Origin: the human T2T-CHM13v2.0 reference genome, Homo sapiens
Strand: one strand, 5' to 3'
Assembly (NCBI RefSeq): GCF_009914755.1
Contig: NC_060935.1
DNA length: 64,000 bases
Shown piece by piece: positions 12,501 to 28,270 of the stretch. Within the stretch, counting starts at the first letter, position 1. Every line of letters begins with the position of its first letter. Below the pieces are notes generated by a model. It worked only from the letters and a program-made list of their open reading frames with translations. It did not search any database and was not told where the DNA came from. The position numbers and the translations under genes are program-made.

Positions 12501-13942
12501 GCACCCACCCCAGCCTGGCTTAGACCTGGGTGCCTCGGAGCTCCCCGGAGCCTGCCTGCCGGGTCGGGAGGCCTGTGAGGCCTCGGGGAAATAGGGGCTC
12601 AGGCCCACAGCTTGGGCAGGGGGGCTAGGCCCATCAGGGAGCCCCAGCAGGCCAAGAGACACCCAAGGGGGCACTCAGGGATTCAAGGGGGCCCACAGCC
12701 TCTGCCCATTGGGGGTTCTGCTGACTAAGATGTGGCCTGCTGTCCTGATAGCCTGATGGCCCAGGTGGACATGGGACGGGGAAGTGTGGCCCACCAGGGA
12801 GCCACCGCCACCCTCCCTGGCCAAAGTACGTGGACCTGTGCCAGGAAGACCTCCGTGCTCTCTCCTCTCCCCTTGTGAACAGAGCCCATCCATCAGGGGC
12901 CCTGCACCCACAAGAGACGTCCCACAGAGCAGGACCACCTCGGAAAGGGAGGTTTGAGAGGGCCCCAGAAGGTGCAGGAGGGAAGGACAGCTGCGGCCCA
13001 CAGCAAGCAGACCAGGGTGGGCCACGCCCGAGTTCAGCGGGGGGTGTCACGCATGTGAGGCCGGGGAATAGCTGGGGTCTTGGGCAGCCCTATGTGTCCA
13101 AAGCATTTCCTCGCGTCTGAGGTCAGTGAGCAGGGTTTCCACCACGCCAGGGCCCAGGGAAAAACTGAGGCCCATCGGGCTTGAGGATGCACCCTGCTCC
13201 AGGCCCATGGGGGGCAAGATTCTATGTGGAAAGCCCAGCCACCACCTTCACAGACAATGCCGTGGGCTCCCTGGGGGCAGCACCAGCAGGGTGGTGTGGG
13301 ACTTTGCTCCACATGCCCTGGGGCCCTCATGGGGCAGAGGATGGGGTGGCGAGTGGGTGCACAAGCACTTTGCAGTGAGGCCTGCCCTGCTCACAGCCTG
13401 GTGCCGGCGTGGGGCCTGAAGTGGGAAAGAGCATGAGGGTTTTTCCACATACGCACTGTCCTCTCTGAGTGGCGGCAAGGTGGAAAGAAAAGCCCAGAGC
13501 TGTGCTCCCTCGGGCAGCAGGTCCTCTGGACGGCACTCGGGTGCCACTGCTGCAGTGATGAGGTGGGGGCAGCATGGCCCCAGTGGCCTGGGCAGGGAGG
13601 GCTGGCGTCAGCGGGGGAATCTGTTGACCTCAGGAGGTGCCAGGGCTGGAGCGGCACTGGGGAGTGCCATGTGCTGTGTGTGCTGAGCCACGTGGACTCG
13701 TGAGGCTCTGGCCTTGGAGCCTGGGTGGCCGACACCGACCCTGGTGAGTCTGAGAGTCCATCTTGCTCGGACGGTCTGTGATCCGCTACCTTACTCGTCT
13801 GTGGCTGCGCCCCCTCCACACCTATCCTGAAGTCAAAGCTCCACCAGGCGCTGCCTTCTCCAGGAAGCCAGGTCATCGGAGCCAGCAACATCTTCCTTGT
13901 CCAAGGCCAGGTGCTGACATGTGACCCTCACTGTGGGATCTA

Positions 13943-14178
13943 GAGCCCCCCCTCTCGTTTTGTGGGTGAGTGGCACGGCTGGGCTTCCAGGCGCTCCCCT
14001 CTCGTTTTGTGGGTGAGGGGCACAGCTGGGCTTCCAGGAGCCCCTCTCTCATTTTGTGGGTGAGTGGCACAGCTGGGCTTCCAGGTGCTCCCCTCTCGTT
14101 TTGTGGGTGAGGGGCACAGCTGGGCTTCCAGGAGCCCCCCTCTCATTTTGTGGGTGAGGGGCACAGCTGGGCTTCCAG
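13943..14178. repeat. 47-bp minisatellite (VNTR-like), 5 copies
   Basis: Unit ctctc(g/a)ttttgtgggtgag(t/g)ggcac(a/g)gctgggcttccagg.gc.ccc, near-identical copies. Confidence 0.95.
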
Positions 14179-17100
14179 CTCCCTGATGACGGGAACCTGG
14201 GCAGGGGTCTCCTGAGGGACTGCGGAGGGTCCTCTATGGGACAGCAATGCATGGGCAGCCATGAAGGGCCCCTCTCATCTTGGGGCAGCTGTAGGGGGAG
14301 AGGCCAGTCGTATCATGAAAACACAGGGAAGCCGTGTGGTGCTTTTGCAACCAGGCCGGGAGCCTCTGTCTACAGGGCCACTGGTGGGGCCCTCGCCTGT
14401 GTCTGGGGCCTTGCTTCGGTGGCAGTCCTGAAGCTGTGCTGTCTCTGTTCGCCAGCCTGTGGCTCCCCAGGCCTCCCTTCCTTCCTGCCTGAAGCCTCTG
14501 GAAGCCCCCCAGCTCCTGCCTCCCTCCAGCTGGCTCCGGCCTGGTGTTCCAGGACCCGGCCCTGCCCTTCCCTGCTGAATCCTCTTCTTTCTGTCTGTGC
14601 CTTCCTCCTCCAGCTGAAGCACAGGCTCCGGCACCCGCTCCCACCCTCTGCCGCAGGCGGGGCTGTGTCTACATCGCCTGGCACCCCCCAATACACTTCC
14701 TACAGCCCTCAGTCCCCTGGCTCCTCAGAGAACATGGCCATGGCCTGTACCAGAGTTCTACACACACTCAGGCCCCATCAAAGCAACAGGGTCCCCAGCC
14801 AGCTCAGAGGCATCCCAGCATCCTCTCTGTCCCAGCCCCCCACCCCATCCCGCCTGCATTCCCTCAGTGCCCCCCCCACCCCCAAGCCCAGTCCTTCTGT
14901 CCTGCTGCAAGCTGCTCACAGCAGGACACGCAAACCTCAGCCTAACCCCAGATTCCAGGCTGTAGGCTGTCCGCTGGCTGCAGAGATAAATCGAGGAAGT
15001 CTCCCCCGGCCCTGGCCCCGGCCAGCCCCCTGCAGTGGGCAGGCAAGGGAAAGGAGAGACCCCAGAGGCCTGTTTGCTGTCCCAGCTGGGCTCACTGCAC
15101 GCCCCTTCCTCTGCCCCAGCCCTGGCCCCGGCAGATCTGAGGACACAGCTCTCTCCGCTCAGAGGCTGTTCCATGGGAGCCTGTCCGCTCAGCCCGGGGG
15201 GAGGGAGGATGCCGACAGAGAGCTGCTCTTCTGGGAAGGGGAGGCGGCTTCCAACGCCCAGCTGCTCAGGGTGGGACCCAGGGGACCCCTGCGGAGGCTC
15301 CAGGATATGCCCCCAGCCCCACCAAAGCGGTCTGCACACTCCATCCCTCAGAATCCCAACCCCCATCAGCCTGGCCTGGGGGCTCGTCCTGACTAGAACC
15401 GTCCCATCATCAGCTTCTCTAGAAGGGTCCTTGGTGACAGGGCGATTGAACCCCCTCCTTTTCTGAAGGGCAACTGAAGACCCCTTAGGGGAGAAGGGGG
15501 GTGTACAACTCCAGCCAGGAGGTGGGGTAGCTTCGCCGTGCTCCCCTCGCCCACAAGGCCCCTTCCACACCTCCCCATTGGGACTCCTCCTGTTCCTCAC
15601 GGCACCTTGCTGGTGAGGGGCCACATTGCAGTCCGACCCCTCACCGTGGGTGGCTGAGGTGGGGATGGCCTCTGTAGCCAGTGCCTCCACCAGACCAGAT
15701 GCCTGCAGTGCCCAGCAGCCCTGGTCCCTGTCTGCCCCTACTTCAATCTGCTGTCCTGTGAGGCTTGCCTCTGGCCTCAGGTTGCTCATAAAGCCTTCCT
15801 GACCCATTGGGCCTGACAGCCAGCTGCAGATGGGAGGCCAGGAGGCTGGGAACCCTCCTAGGGCGTCCCTGTGACAGAGGCCCAGAGTGCTGGGAGCCTC
15901 AGGGCCGGGCCAGGCTACAGGGAGGTGGGTGACTAGGCAGAACTCCTTCCCAGCAGCTTCTGTCAGTGGCAGAAGGCGTCTGGCTGCCCAGGCTCCAAGG
16001 GAGGGCCTCAGCTCATTGCATAGGGTGCTGCAGCCTGGGGGGCCTTGGAGACCCCTTCTCTCCGGGGTTCTGGCCTTAGAGACTCCTGTGCTGAGGGCTG
16101 AGGCCCCAGGCTCTGTCTCCAGTTGGGCCAGGGGTGGCACCCTGTGGCCCCCAACACCCGTAGCAAGTGTGGGAGCCAGGGCCAGGGCTGGGAGCTGTTG
16201 GGTCCCAGGCTGCAGCTGGAGTTAGAGGCCTCTGTGACCAGGCTGGGAGCTCAGCACAAGCCCAGACTTGGGGCTTCCTTTGGAGCCCAGACGGCTGCTG
16301 CCTCTCTCCACCAAGTGACGGGTCTCAGGGGGCCTAGGATTGGAAGGACCCCATCATCTGGGATGAGGGTCTCCACGTGTTATAAGGGAAAGGAGGCAGG
16401 GGTGAGGGGCTCGGCAGCCCCTCCCTGCTGCCTGGGAGATGAAATCAGATCTGGAAAGGTCCACCCCCTCCTCAGGACCTGGGAATACGGGGACAATGGC
16501 TGGTAGGAAGGGCCCAGCTTTGCGGGTGGCGGGAGGGGGCTGGGGTCGCTTCCCACCTGCACCCCCCCTAGGAGCCCCACCTCAGTGGCCAAATGGGTGT
16601 CATGCTGCCCACTGACCTCACGGGGGCGCAGGAGACAACAAAATTTCAGCCGGTTCAAGGGACGGTCCCTTTGTGGCTGGATCCTCTGGGCTGAGCGGCT
16701 TAGTGGGGGCTCAGCGGGGGCTCCCCAGCCGTCTCTCAAAGACGAGCCACCCTGCCTGACCCCACTCACCTCCCACCCTGAACAATGTCCCCTGACCTTG
16801 CAGCCCCTCTTGCCTCTGTCCTCCTCCCTAGGCCGCTCTCCCTTCTCCTCTCCACTTCCCCACTCCCTCTCCTTGGGCCAGGCCCACCCCAGACAGGCTG
16901 GGGACTGAGGCTCCCTGGGGGCGGTGGGGGCGGGAGGAAGGGGTCTGCAGCTGGGGCGGAGGGGCCACAGGTCCCAGGCAGCCGAGGGGAGCGGGCAGCT
17001 CTGGGAAGGGCCTGGGAGCCAGGTGTGGCCCCTGCCCAGGAGCTTGGGAGAGGTGGCTGAGGACTCCAAAGCTGGGCGGAGGCCCTGGATAGGAGTGGGC

Positions 17101-18279
17101 TGGGGAGAGGAGATGAAGAACTGAGGCACAGAGGGGCCGGAGACAGGCAGAGGGCAGCCCAGGGGCTTGGGTGGGGGATTCCAGGGACATTGAGGAGGTG
17201 GGAGGGAGAGGGAGAGGGGAGGAGACCCAGCTTCAGGCAGGAGCAGTGAGGGGTGTGCTGGGGGTCCCACTGCCAGAGCCAGACTCCCGAGGGTCAGCAG
17301 GGGTGCTCTTCACAGGGGACCCGGGGGAGCTATCCAGGAGTAGCCAGAAAGATAGACTCAGGGACGGCTGTGGGAGGCGCTCTCCCAGGTCTGAGGCTGA
17401 CGGTACAAGGAGAAGAGACATAACCGTCCCCTCCAGTACTGGGGAGCCATGGGAGGTTGCTGAGCAAGGACAAGCCTGCCAGAATCTGGATGGGAAAGTG
17501 GACGGTCCCTCCTGACCGCCCCCCTCCAGCTCTACCAAGGAGGCCCACGCCCAGGCCTGGCCAGCTCCCAGAGTCCCGGGCTGTCGGGGTGGGGGCCGCT
17601 CACTTCCCCTCCTGGGCTTGTCAGACACAGTTGAGCCACGTGCATCTTTCAGCAGACACTTCCTAAGTTTCTAAGCAAATTTTGTTCCTCCTGGCACTGG
17701 TTTGGCTCTGGGCCCAGAGGAGACATTCCTACGGGGGTCTTCCCAGCACACCTTGGAGGCTACAGGGCTGGCCTGTGTTGGGTGGGGCAGCACGGGATGG
17801 GGGGCTCCTTCTCCCTTCCAGTCTGGATGCTGGGACTCTGGGCAGAGAGAAGCTCTGGCAGGGGGTGGCAGCTGGAGGGTAGAGAGTGGGAGGGAGGCTC
17901 AGCTGCCAGCGTTCCAAACAAGCTGGGAAAGAGTTGAGCAGAAGCCCCCAGCGCTTGAGAAGGGTGAGCGGCTGGGGACTAGCGAGCCATGGAAGGCTGC
18001 ACGGCAGGAGGTGGGGAGTCCCAGGCGGAGGAGCTTTAAGGGCCTGGGCCAGACAGGGTTCCCCGAGGGCTTGGACCACCCCAGCCCTACCCCCGCATCT
18101 TAGATCCCCCAGCGGCCCACCTTAATAGCTTCCTCCCTTCTCAAAAGGCCAGTCCTGAAGCAGATGATGTACACCTGTAACTCAATAAGCCCCAGCTGGT
18201 GGCAGCCCCTTGACATGTGAGCGGCGTTCCTCAGCCTCTGCCATCATGCACCACCACCCTGCAAGGAGGGCACAGCAGA

Positions 18280-18440
18280 GAGAAACTGGGCCCAGAGGAC
18301 CCCAGGTGGCCACTGCTGGGCCAGGCGGACACTCAGGTCTCAGGGCCCTCAAGACACCTCCCGGTCTATCCCCAGGGCAAGGAGCACGCCTTGTTTCCCT
18401 CCTGCTCTTCCTCTCCTGGGCCTCAGTTTCCCCATTTGTT
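18280..18440. mobile_element. MIR fragments in opposite orientations
   Basis: agagagaaactgggcccagagg and ctgggcctcagtttccccatttgt are MIR-core-like. Confidence 0.5.
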
Positions 18441-20332
18441 CTTAGCTCCTGCTCAGCTGGGAGGTGCCATGCTATGATCTCAGAACTACGTGGAACTGAG
18501 AATCCCCAAGAGGAACACTCCTATGGCAGAGGGGTGGCATGGAGGGCACAGGGAGGAGGGTCTTCCCCCCCGACAGCATGCGGGTCCTTCAGGGCCCCCA
18601 GCCTCTGGGTGTCACCCTTCCTTGAGAGGTAGATGGCTCAGGCCTGGGCCCAACGCAGCCCAGAGAGGTGGGGGGGCTTGCAGGTAAGGTCCTAGGCCTT
18701 TGTCTCTGTGCCTCTTCCCAAAGTAGGGGACCATCTGTCAGGCGGTCCTGGAGTCTGGGAGGGTGGGGTGGGCAGGCAGGGGAGCCCAGGGAGAATGGGC
18801 AGACGGGAAAGGCCCCGAGAGCCAGGGGCTGGGGACCTGTAGCAGGTCGGGGGACAGGCGGGGATCTGATGGGTGTGGGCAAGCCAGCTTGGCGGGCTTC
18901 CCTGCTGGCCACGAGGCCGCCTGGGGACCAGGAGGGGACCTTTTCGTGGAAAACGGATCAAAAGCCGGCTTATTGAATTTGCTTTTCTCTAACCTTTGCT
19001 TCCTGGCTTGTGCAACTGCCCTCCTGCGGCCTTCGCCTTTGCCTGGGGGTGACAGCCCCCAGGTTCCCGGGGCACAGGCACCTCCTGTGGCAGCTCAGGG
19101 GGCACTTGAGCCCTGGCCGTGCCGGGCTGTGGGGCAGAGGCTGCAACACCACCACCTGCCCCGTCAATCAGCCCAGCTCCCTTCCCAGCCCCAGGCCTGG
19201 GCCAGGCAGGCGGAGGGGCCTCGTGGATTTTTTTTGCCGGCTTAGCTCCTTGGCCCTGGGGCTGGAGCTGGGTGGGTCATGTTTGTGGGCGGGGGTGGGG
19301 AGTTTCGACTGAGGTCAGAACCAGGCAGGGACTCACAGGTCTCTCTGTGTTTGGGGGGGTTTTGGGGGGGCTGGTGAGGGGCCTCCATTTGCTTGCTAGC
19401 TTGAACCACTTCTGAGCCTTCTGAAACAGGCAAATCTTCGTCCTCCTCTGATGGGGCTTGGTTTGTAGAAACCACCCAGAGGCTCTGGGAGCCACATATG
19501 GGGAGGCCCAAGGTAGGGGGAGGTCTGGGGGGGCAGGAAGGCCCATCGGAGGAGAAGCCGAGGTGTGAGGAAGGCCTGGGTTGGGGCAAGTGGAACCGCA
19601 GAGATGGTTCTGGGTGAAGAGCAGGGCAGACAGGAGGCAGTCCCACTGCACCCCAAGGCCAAGTGTGCTGTCCTAAAGGACCTCCTGGAGAGGCCATTGT
19701 GGGGTGAGAGCTGGGACACCTGGGCTGGCTGGAAGATCCATGTGGGAGTCCACTCCAGCGCAGCTGCCGGGGAATCCTCTAGTGGAAGGGCAGCCCAGAA
19801 GCCTCCCTGACACCCCCACAGTTCCCATGAAGGCTTCCAGAGGGAGGTGCATGGGCTCTGAGCCCTGTGCCCAGGCCTTGGGGATTCCTGGTGTCCCAGC
19901 CCCCCAAGGGGGCAGCCTTGGACAGACCTGCCCTTCTCTTGGCATTCCTTGCCTTGCATGGCCTTGTGCTGGGGGCTCTCCTGGGTTTCAGAGCACCCTG
20001 TAAAGATGGCATGTTGGTCCCCATGAACAGATGGGGAAATAGAGGCCTGCCTTTGCTCATCACCCCCTGATGCATGTACATTCCTAGAACAGTGTGTGAC
20101 GCAGAGCAGGTGCTTTGGCCACAAAGGTAAAGAGCCTGTGAGAACATCCAGCCCCCAAGACATGCTCAGGAATAAAAGCGAAACACCCAGCATGGAGCCC
20201 AGCACATGGGGTAAGTAAATCCCACAGCATGACGTGGGCATGACCTGGTCCTTCAAGATGTGCAGCAATGCTACCACAGAGCCCAGCAGGCTGTGGGGAT
20301 GTGGTAAGGAGCTTAGAAGAATATCTGTACAC

Positions 20333-20682
<350 letters not shown>

Positions 20683-22672
20683 CTAAGAGTATCCTGTTTT
20701 CAGTAGATGCTCACTAACATATATAAAGAAGGTACTCTAGATGTAGTCTAAAACATGGCTAGTATACTGCAGGTGCTCAATAATGAGCACACGGAGCTTA
20801 GTTGGATTGAAGCCCAGCAAAGCACGTGATGTAGGTAAAGCTGTCAGAAAGGCACACAGAGCCGCACATGGTGACAGCCCACAGTTGGCAGTCAATAATG
20901 TCTGTCCAGTGCCTGGCAGTGTTCAGCCCCCAGCGGACATGGAGTTAGCAGGCGAAACTGCTGGCATCATGTCCACACCCAGAGGACAAATGCAACTTCC
21001 GACAAAAGCAGCCAGCACATGGCTTGGAGGGAGCAAGGCAGGCAGATCACCACCACCACTGGGCACAGTCCAGAGCCAGGGTTCTGGGCAGCACAGGCTT
21101 CCATCACCGCATCCATGCTATGTGTGCTGCACGTGTCCCCAGAGCACTTGGCACAATGCATGGCCCATGGTGGGGGGTGGACAAAGCAGTGCCTGGCCCA
21201 TGACAGGAGTTGTCAACAGAGAAGGTAATGCAGATACCACTGGGTCTGCACAGAGTGGAGGGCACTAGTCCACCCTCCATGCTCATTCTTCATTCTCCAA
21301 TCTCTCTTCTCCATTCTCCGTACTCTATACTCCATTCTCCACCCTCCATTCTCCATATTCCACCCTCCATACTCATTCTCCATAGTCCACCCTCCATACT
21401 CATTGTCCGTGCTCCATGATGTATTCTCCATTCTCCAACCTCCATTCCCCATATTCCATTCTTCAACCTCCATTCTCCATATTCCACCCTCCATACTCAT
21501 TCTCCATGCTCTATGCTATATTCTCCATTCTCCAATCTCCATTCCCCATATTCCATTCTCCATATTCTACCCTCCATTCTCCATATTCCACCCTCCATAC
21601 TCATTCTCCATCATCCACCCTCCATACTCATTCTCCAACCTCCATTCTCCATCGTCCACCCTCCATACTCATTCTCCCTACTCCATTCTCCAACCTCCAT
21701 TCCCCATATTTCACCCTCCATACTCATAGTCCATACTGCATTCTCCACCCTCCATTCTCCATGCTTTACTCTCCATTCTGCATGCTCCATTCTCCGTATT
21801 CCACCCTCCATACTCATTGTCCATGCTCCATGATGTATTCTCCATTCTCCAACCTCCATTCCCCATATTCCATTCTTCATATTCCACCCTCCATTCTCCA
21901 ACCTGCATTCTCCATAGTCCACTCTCCGTACTCTAATCTTCATTCTCCATACTCCATACCCTACCTCCATTTTCCTTATTCCATTCTCCATTCTCCATAC
22001 TCCATTCTCCAGAGTCCACTCTCCCTACTCTAACCTTCATTCTCCATTCTCCATACTCCATACTCCAACCTTCATTCTCCATACTCCATACCCAACCTCC
22101 ATTTTCCTTAGTCCATTCTTCATTCTCCGTACTCCATAATCCATACTCCATTCTCCTTTCTCTGTACTCCATGCTCCATTCTCCTTTCTCCATTCTTCTT
22201 TCTCCATAGTTCATTCTTTATTCTCTTTTTTTCATACACCATACTCCATTCTCCATTTTCTCTTCTCTGTATGCCATTCTCCACAAACAGTTTTTCATTC
22301 TCCATACCTGTATTATATTCTGCATCCTCAATACTCTATTCTCTGTACTCCATTCTTAGTTCTGTTTTTTCATACTCCATCTCCATAATCTACAGTCCAG
22401 AATTCATTCTCCACTCTCCCTTTTTTAGACTCCACCCTCCAGACACCATTCTCTATTCTCCTTTCTCCATACTTCATTCTCCGTATTCCATTCTTTATAC
22501 ATTATTCTTCATTATTCATACCCTGTACTACATTTGCTATTCTCATTTCTTCATATTCCATACTCCATTCTCCATACATCATTCCTCTTCTCCATTTTTA
22601 TCTTCTGTTCTTCATTATTCATACTCCATTTCCTTTTTCCATTCTCCATACACCATTCTTTATTCTCCATAA

Positions 22673-23641
<969 letters not shown>

Positions 23642-24011
23642 TAATACTTCATTCTCCATTCTTCTTTCTCCATACACCGTACTTTGTTTTCCAATTTCAT
23701 TCTTCATACTTGATTCTACATAATTTATATTTCAGATTCCATTTTCCATTGTTTTTTCTCCATTCTCCAAACTCCAAACTTCATACTTCATTCTCAAATC
23801 TCCTTCCTTCATATTCCGTACTCCATTCTTTATACACCATTCTCGGATCTCCATTTTTTCATTTTCCACAGTCCATTCTTCATACTTCATACTGCATTCT
23901 CCACTCTTCGTTTTCCAGTCTCCATGCTGCATTCCCCATACTCCATATGTTATTCACTGCTCTTCATTTTCCATACTCCATACTCCATACTCCATACTGA
24001 ATTCTATATTC

Positions 24012-24382
<371 letters not shown>

Positions 24383-25201
24383 TGACACTCTGTTGTGCAT
24401 TCTGTATTCTCCATACTCCTTACTCCTTTTTATGTACTCTATAAGCTCCTTACTCCTTTCTACATACTCTATAATTTACACTACATTTTCCATTCTCCTA
24501 TCTTTATACCCCATTCACCATACACAATTCTCTATTCTCCATGCTCCATTCTTGGTGCTCCATTCTTCATTTTCCATCTTCCATTCTCTTATCTCCATAC
24601 TCCAGTCTCCATACTCCATAGCTCATACTCCATTCTCCTTTCTCCATCTTCATTCTCCATACATTATTCTTCATTTTGCATTTTTCCCTCCATTCTTTTT
24701 ACTCATATCCCATTCTACTTTTTCATATTCCATTCTTCGTGCACAGTTTTTTATTCTCTATACATCATTCTCCATCCTTCCTACACTATTCTCCATGCAC
24801 CAGTCCATTCTCCATTTTTCCATTCTCCATATTTCATGCTCTATATCCTACCGTTCATTCTCCATTCTCCATACTCCATATCTCACACTCCATTCTCCAT
24901 CCTCTTTCTTTATACTCCGTTCTCTCTATACACTCTTCTCCATTCTCCATTTTTATAATCCATTCTCCATTTTCCTTCCTTCATACTTCATACTCCAGTC
25001 TCCACATACCACCCTCCATTTTTCTATTTGGTATACTCTATTCATTATACTACATACCTCATCCATCATTCTGTTTTCACCTTAATCAATTCTCTGTATG
25101 TCCTTCTTCGTTCTCCATACTTCAAACTTCATTCTTTTTTCTCTGTACTCTATTCTCTGTACCATTCTCCATTCTCAATTCTTCATTCTCCTTTCTCTCT
25201 C

Positions 25202-25906
25202 TTTTTTTTTTATTTTTTATTTTTTGAGATGGAGTCTTGCTCTGTCACCCAGGCAGTGCAGTGGCATGATGTCTGCTCACTGCAACCTCCACCTCCTGAG
25301 TTCAAGTGATTCTTCTGCCTCAGCCTCCTGAGTAGCTGGGATTACAGGTATGCACCACCATGCCTGACTAATTTTGTATTTTTAGTAGAGATGGGGTGTA
25401 TTAGTCAGGGTTCTCTAGAGGGACAGAACTAATGGAATATATATATTCCACAATAGGCCATCTGCAGGCTGAGGAGCAAGGAGAGACAGTTTGAGTTCCA
25501 AAACTGAAGAACTTGGAGTCCAATGTTCAAGGGCAGGAACCATCCAACACAGAAGAAAGATGTAGGCTGGGAGGCTAGGCCAGTCTCTCTTTTCACAATT
25601 TTCTGCCTGCTTATATTCTGGCCTTACTGGCAATTGATTAGATTCTACCCATCAAGATTAAGGGTGGGTCTGCCTTTCCCAGCCCACTGACTGAAATGTT
25701 AATCTCCTTTGGCAGCACCCTCAGAGACACACCCAGGATCAGTACTTTGTATCCTTCAATCTAATCAAGTTGAAACTCAGTTTTAATCACCACACAGGGT
25801 TTTACCATGTTGGCCAGGCTGGTCTCCAACTCCTGACCTGAAGTGATCCTCCTGCCTCGGCCTCCCAAAGTGCTGGGATTACAGGCATGAGCCACCACAC
25901 CTGGCC
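25202..25906 (-). mobile_element. AluSx/Sz-like, split by an MLT2A LTR (halves 25202-25396 and 25795-25906)
   Basis: Alu reads ...gtagagatgggg | LTR | cagggttttaccatgttggccagg... Confidence 0.93.
25397..25794 (-). mobile_element. MLT2A (probably MLT2A1) solo LTR of HERV-L
   Basis: TG...CA termini; tgtattagtcagggttctctagagggacagaactaat ... aatcaagttgaaactcagttttaatcaccaca; 5-bp TSD tgggg/caggg. Confidence 0.9.
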
Positions 25907-28270
25907 TCCATTATCTTTTCTCTATCCGACATTCTTCATTCTTTTTTCTCCATACACCTTGCTCCATTCTCCACTTTTCTTTCTCCATACTTCATTCTCC
26001 ATTTTACACACTCTGTACTACATTCTCCATTTTGAATACTTCATTGTATATATGCCGTTCTTAATTCTCCTCTCTCCATATCCCATTCTTTATACTCCAC
26101 CCTCCATTTTTATACTCTGTACTCCAGAATTTATTCTCCATTCCCCGTTTTTATACTTCATTTGTTAAACAGTATTGTCGTTCTCTTTAAAAAAAATCTC
26201 CATACTCCATCTCAGCTCACCATTCTTAATTTTCTATTCTCCATATTTCATACTTTGTTCTCCTTCTTTCTCCATACTCCACTCTCCATATACAGTTCTC
26301 CATTTTTCAAACACCATTCTCCTTTCTCTATTTCTAGACTCTATTCTCCATTCTTCATCATCCATACTACATTCTTCATTCTTATTTTTCCATTTGCCAT
26401 ACTTAATTCCTCATTTTTTGTTAACCATGCTTCATTCTTCATCGTCTATTATCTATACTTCATTTTCCATGCATCATTCTCCATACTCCATTCTTCATAC
26501 TTTATACCTCACACTCCATTCTCTATTCTTTGTCCATACTGCATTCTCCATACATTATTTTTTCTATTCTCCATTTTTTCATTTTCCTTAGTTCATTCTT
26601 CATACTCTATACTCCATTGTTTACACACCATTCTCTATTCTTCATACTAATTTCTCCGTACTTCATACTCCTAACTACATTTTGTGATCTTTTTACCACA
26701 TTCCATTCTCTATACACTCTTCTGCATTCTCCATTTTTCATTCTCCATTCTTCTTTCTCCCTTCTCCATTCTTCAAGCACCATACTCCACCCTCTATTTT
26801 TCATTCTTTGTAATCCATTCTTTACTCAGTACTGTCTATTCTCCATACTGCATTCTTCAAACCCCATTCTTCATTCATTATTGTCCATACTTCATACTCC
26901 ATTGTCTATTCTCCTTTCTCTGTATTCCATTCTCTCTTTTTTCTTCATTCTCTATACATTATTTCTATACTTCATTCTCCAACTCCGTTCCTAATACTTT
27001 ATTCTCCATACTCCATGCCCCATTCTCTTTTCTTTGCACACAATGTGATATTCTTTGCTTTCTATTCTGCATATTTCGTTCTCCACCCATCATTCTTCAT
27101 TCTCTATATTTCATTCATCACTTTCCCTTCTCCATACTCCAGTTTCCATTCTTTATACTTTGTACTCTAGAATCCATTCTTCGTTTTTCCATATGTCATT
27201 CTCCAAACACCAGTCTTCATTCTCCTTTTTCTGTACTCAATTCTCCAAGCACCGATCTCCATTCTCATTTCTCTTACTCCATATCCATTCCCATACACCA
27301 TACTCATTCTCCACTTCTGCTTCATTCTTCATTAACTTTTCTCCATACATCACACTTCTTTCTCCATTTTGTATTCTCAACACCTCATTTCTCATACACC
27401 ATTCTCCATTCTCTATACTCCATACCTCACATTTCATACTTCATTCTTTATTTTTCTCCATACTCCATTTTCCACACTCCATACTCCATTTTCCACACTC
27501 CATACTCCGTATTGCGCTTTATGTTCTCCTTTCTCCATACTCCATTCTCTATACACCATTATGCATTCTCTATTTTCCTTTCTTTATATGTCATTATCAA
27601 CACTCCATAATCCATATTCCACACTCCATTCTTCATTCTCCTTTCTCCATACTCCATTCTTTTTACTCCATATTCCATTTTCCTTTCTTCATCCTCCATT
27701 TTCATTCTTCTTTCTGCGTAGTTAATTCTTTATGCACTATTCTCCGCTTTCCATTGTCCATATATAATACTCCATTCTCCTTTCTCCATACTCAATTCTT
27801 CGTATGCCATGATTCATTCTTCACATGGCATTCTTCCTTCTTTTTACATACTACATTCTCCATACATAATACTTACCTATTTTAAATTATCCTTAGTCTA
27901 TTCTTAATACACCCTTTTTTATTCTCTCTACTATATTCTTCATTCTTCATACTTCTTTCCAATCTCCATATTTCATACTTGATACTCCATTCTCCCTTCT
28001 CCATATCCCATTTACATACACTGTTCTCAATTCTCCAAACTTCACTCTCCTTTCTCTATACTCCATTCTTATACATCATTCTCCATTCTTCATTCTGTAT
28101 ATTCCATGCTAAATTCTCCAATCTCAATTTATCCTTTCTCCATACTCCATTCCCCATACACCATTCTTCATTCTCCATTTTTCATTCTCCATAATCCTTA
28201 TCCCATTCTCCACATACCATTATTCATCCTCAATTTTCCATTCTTTATACTTAATTTCTCATACTCCACA

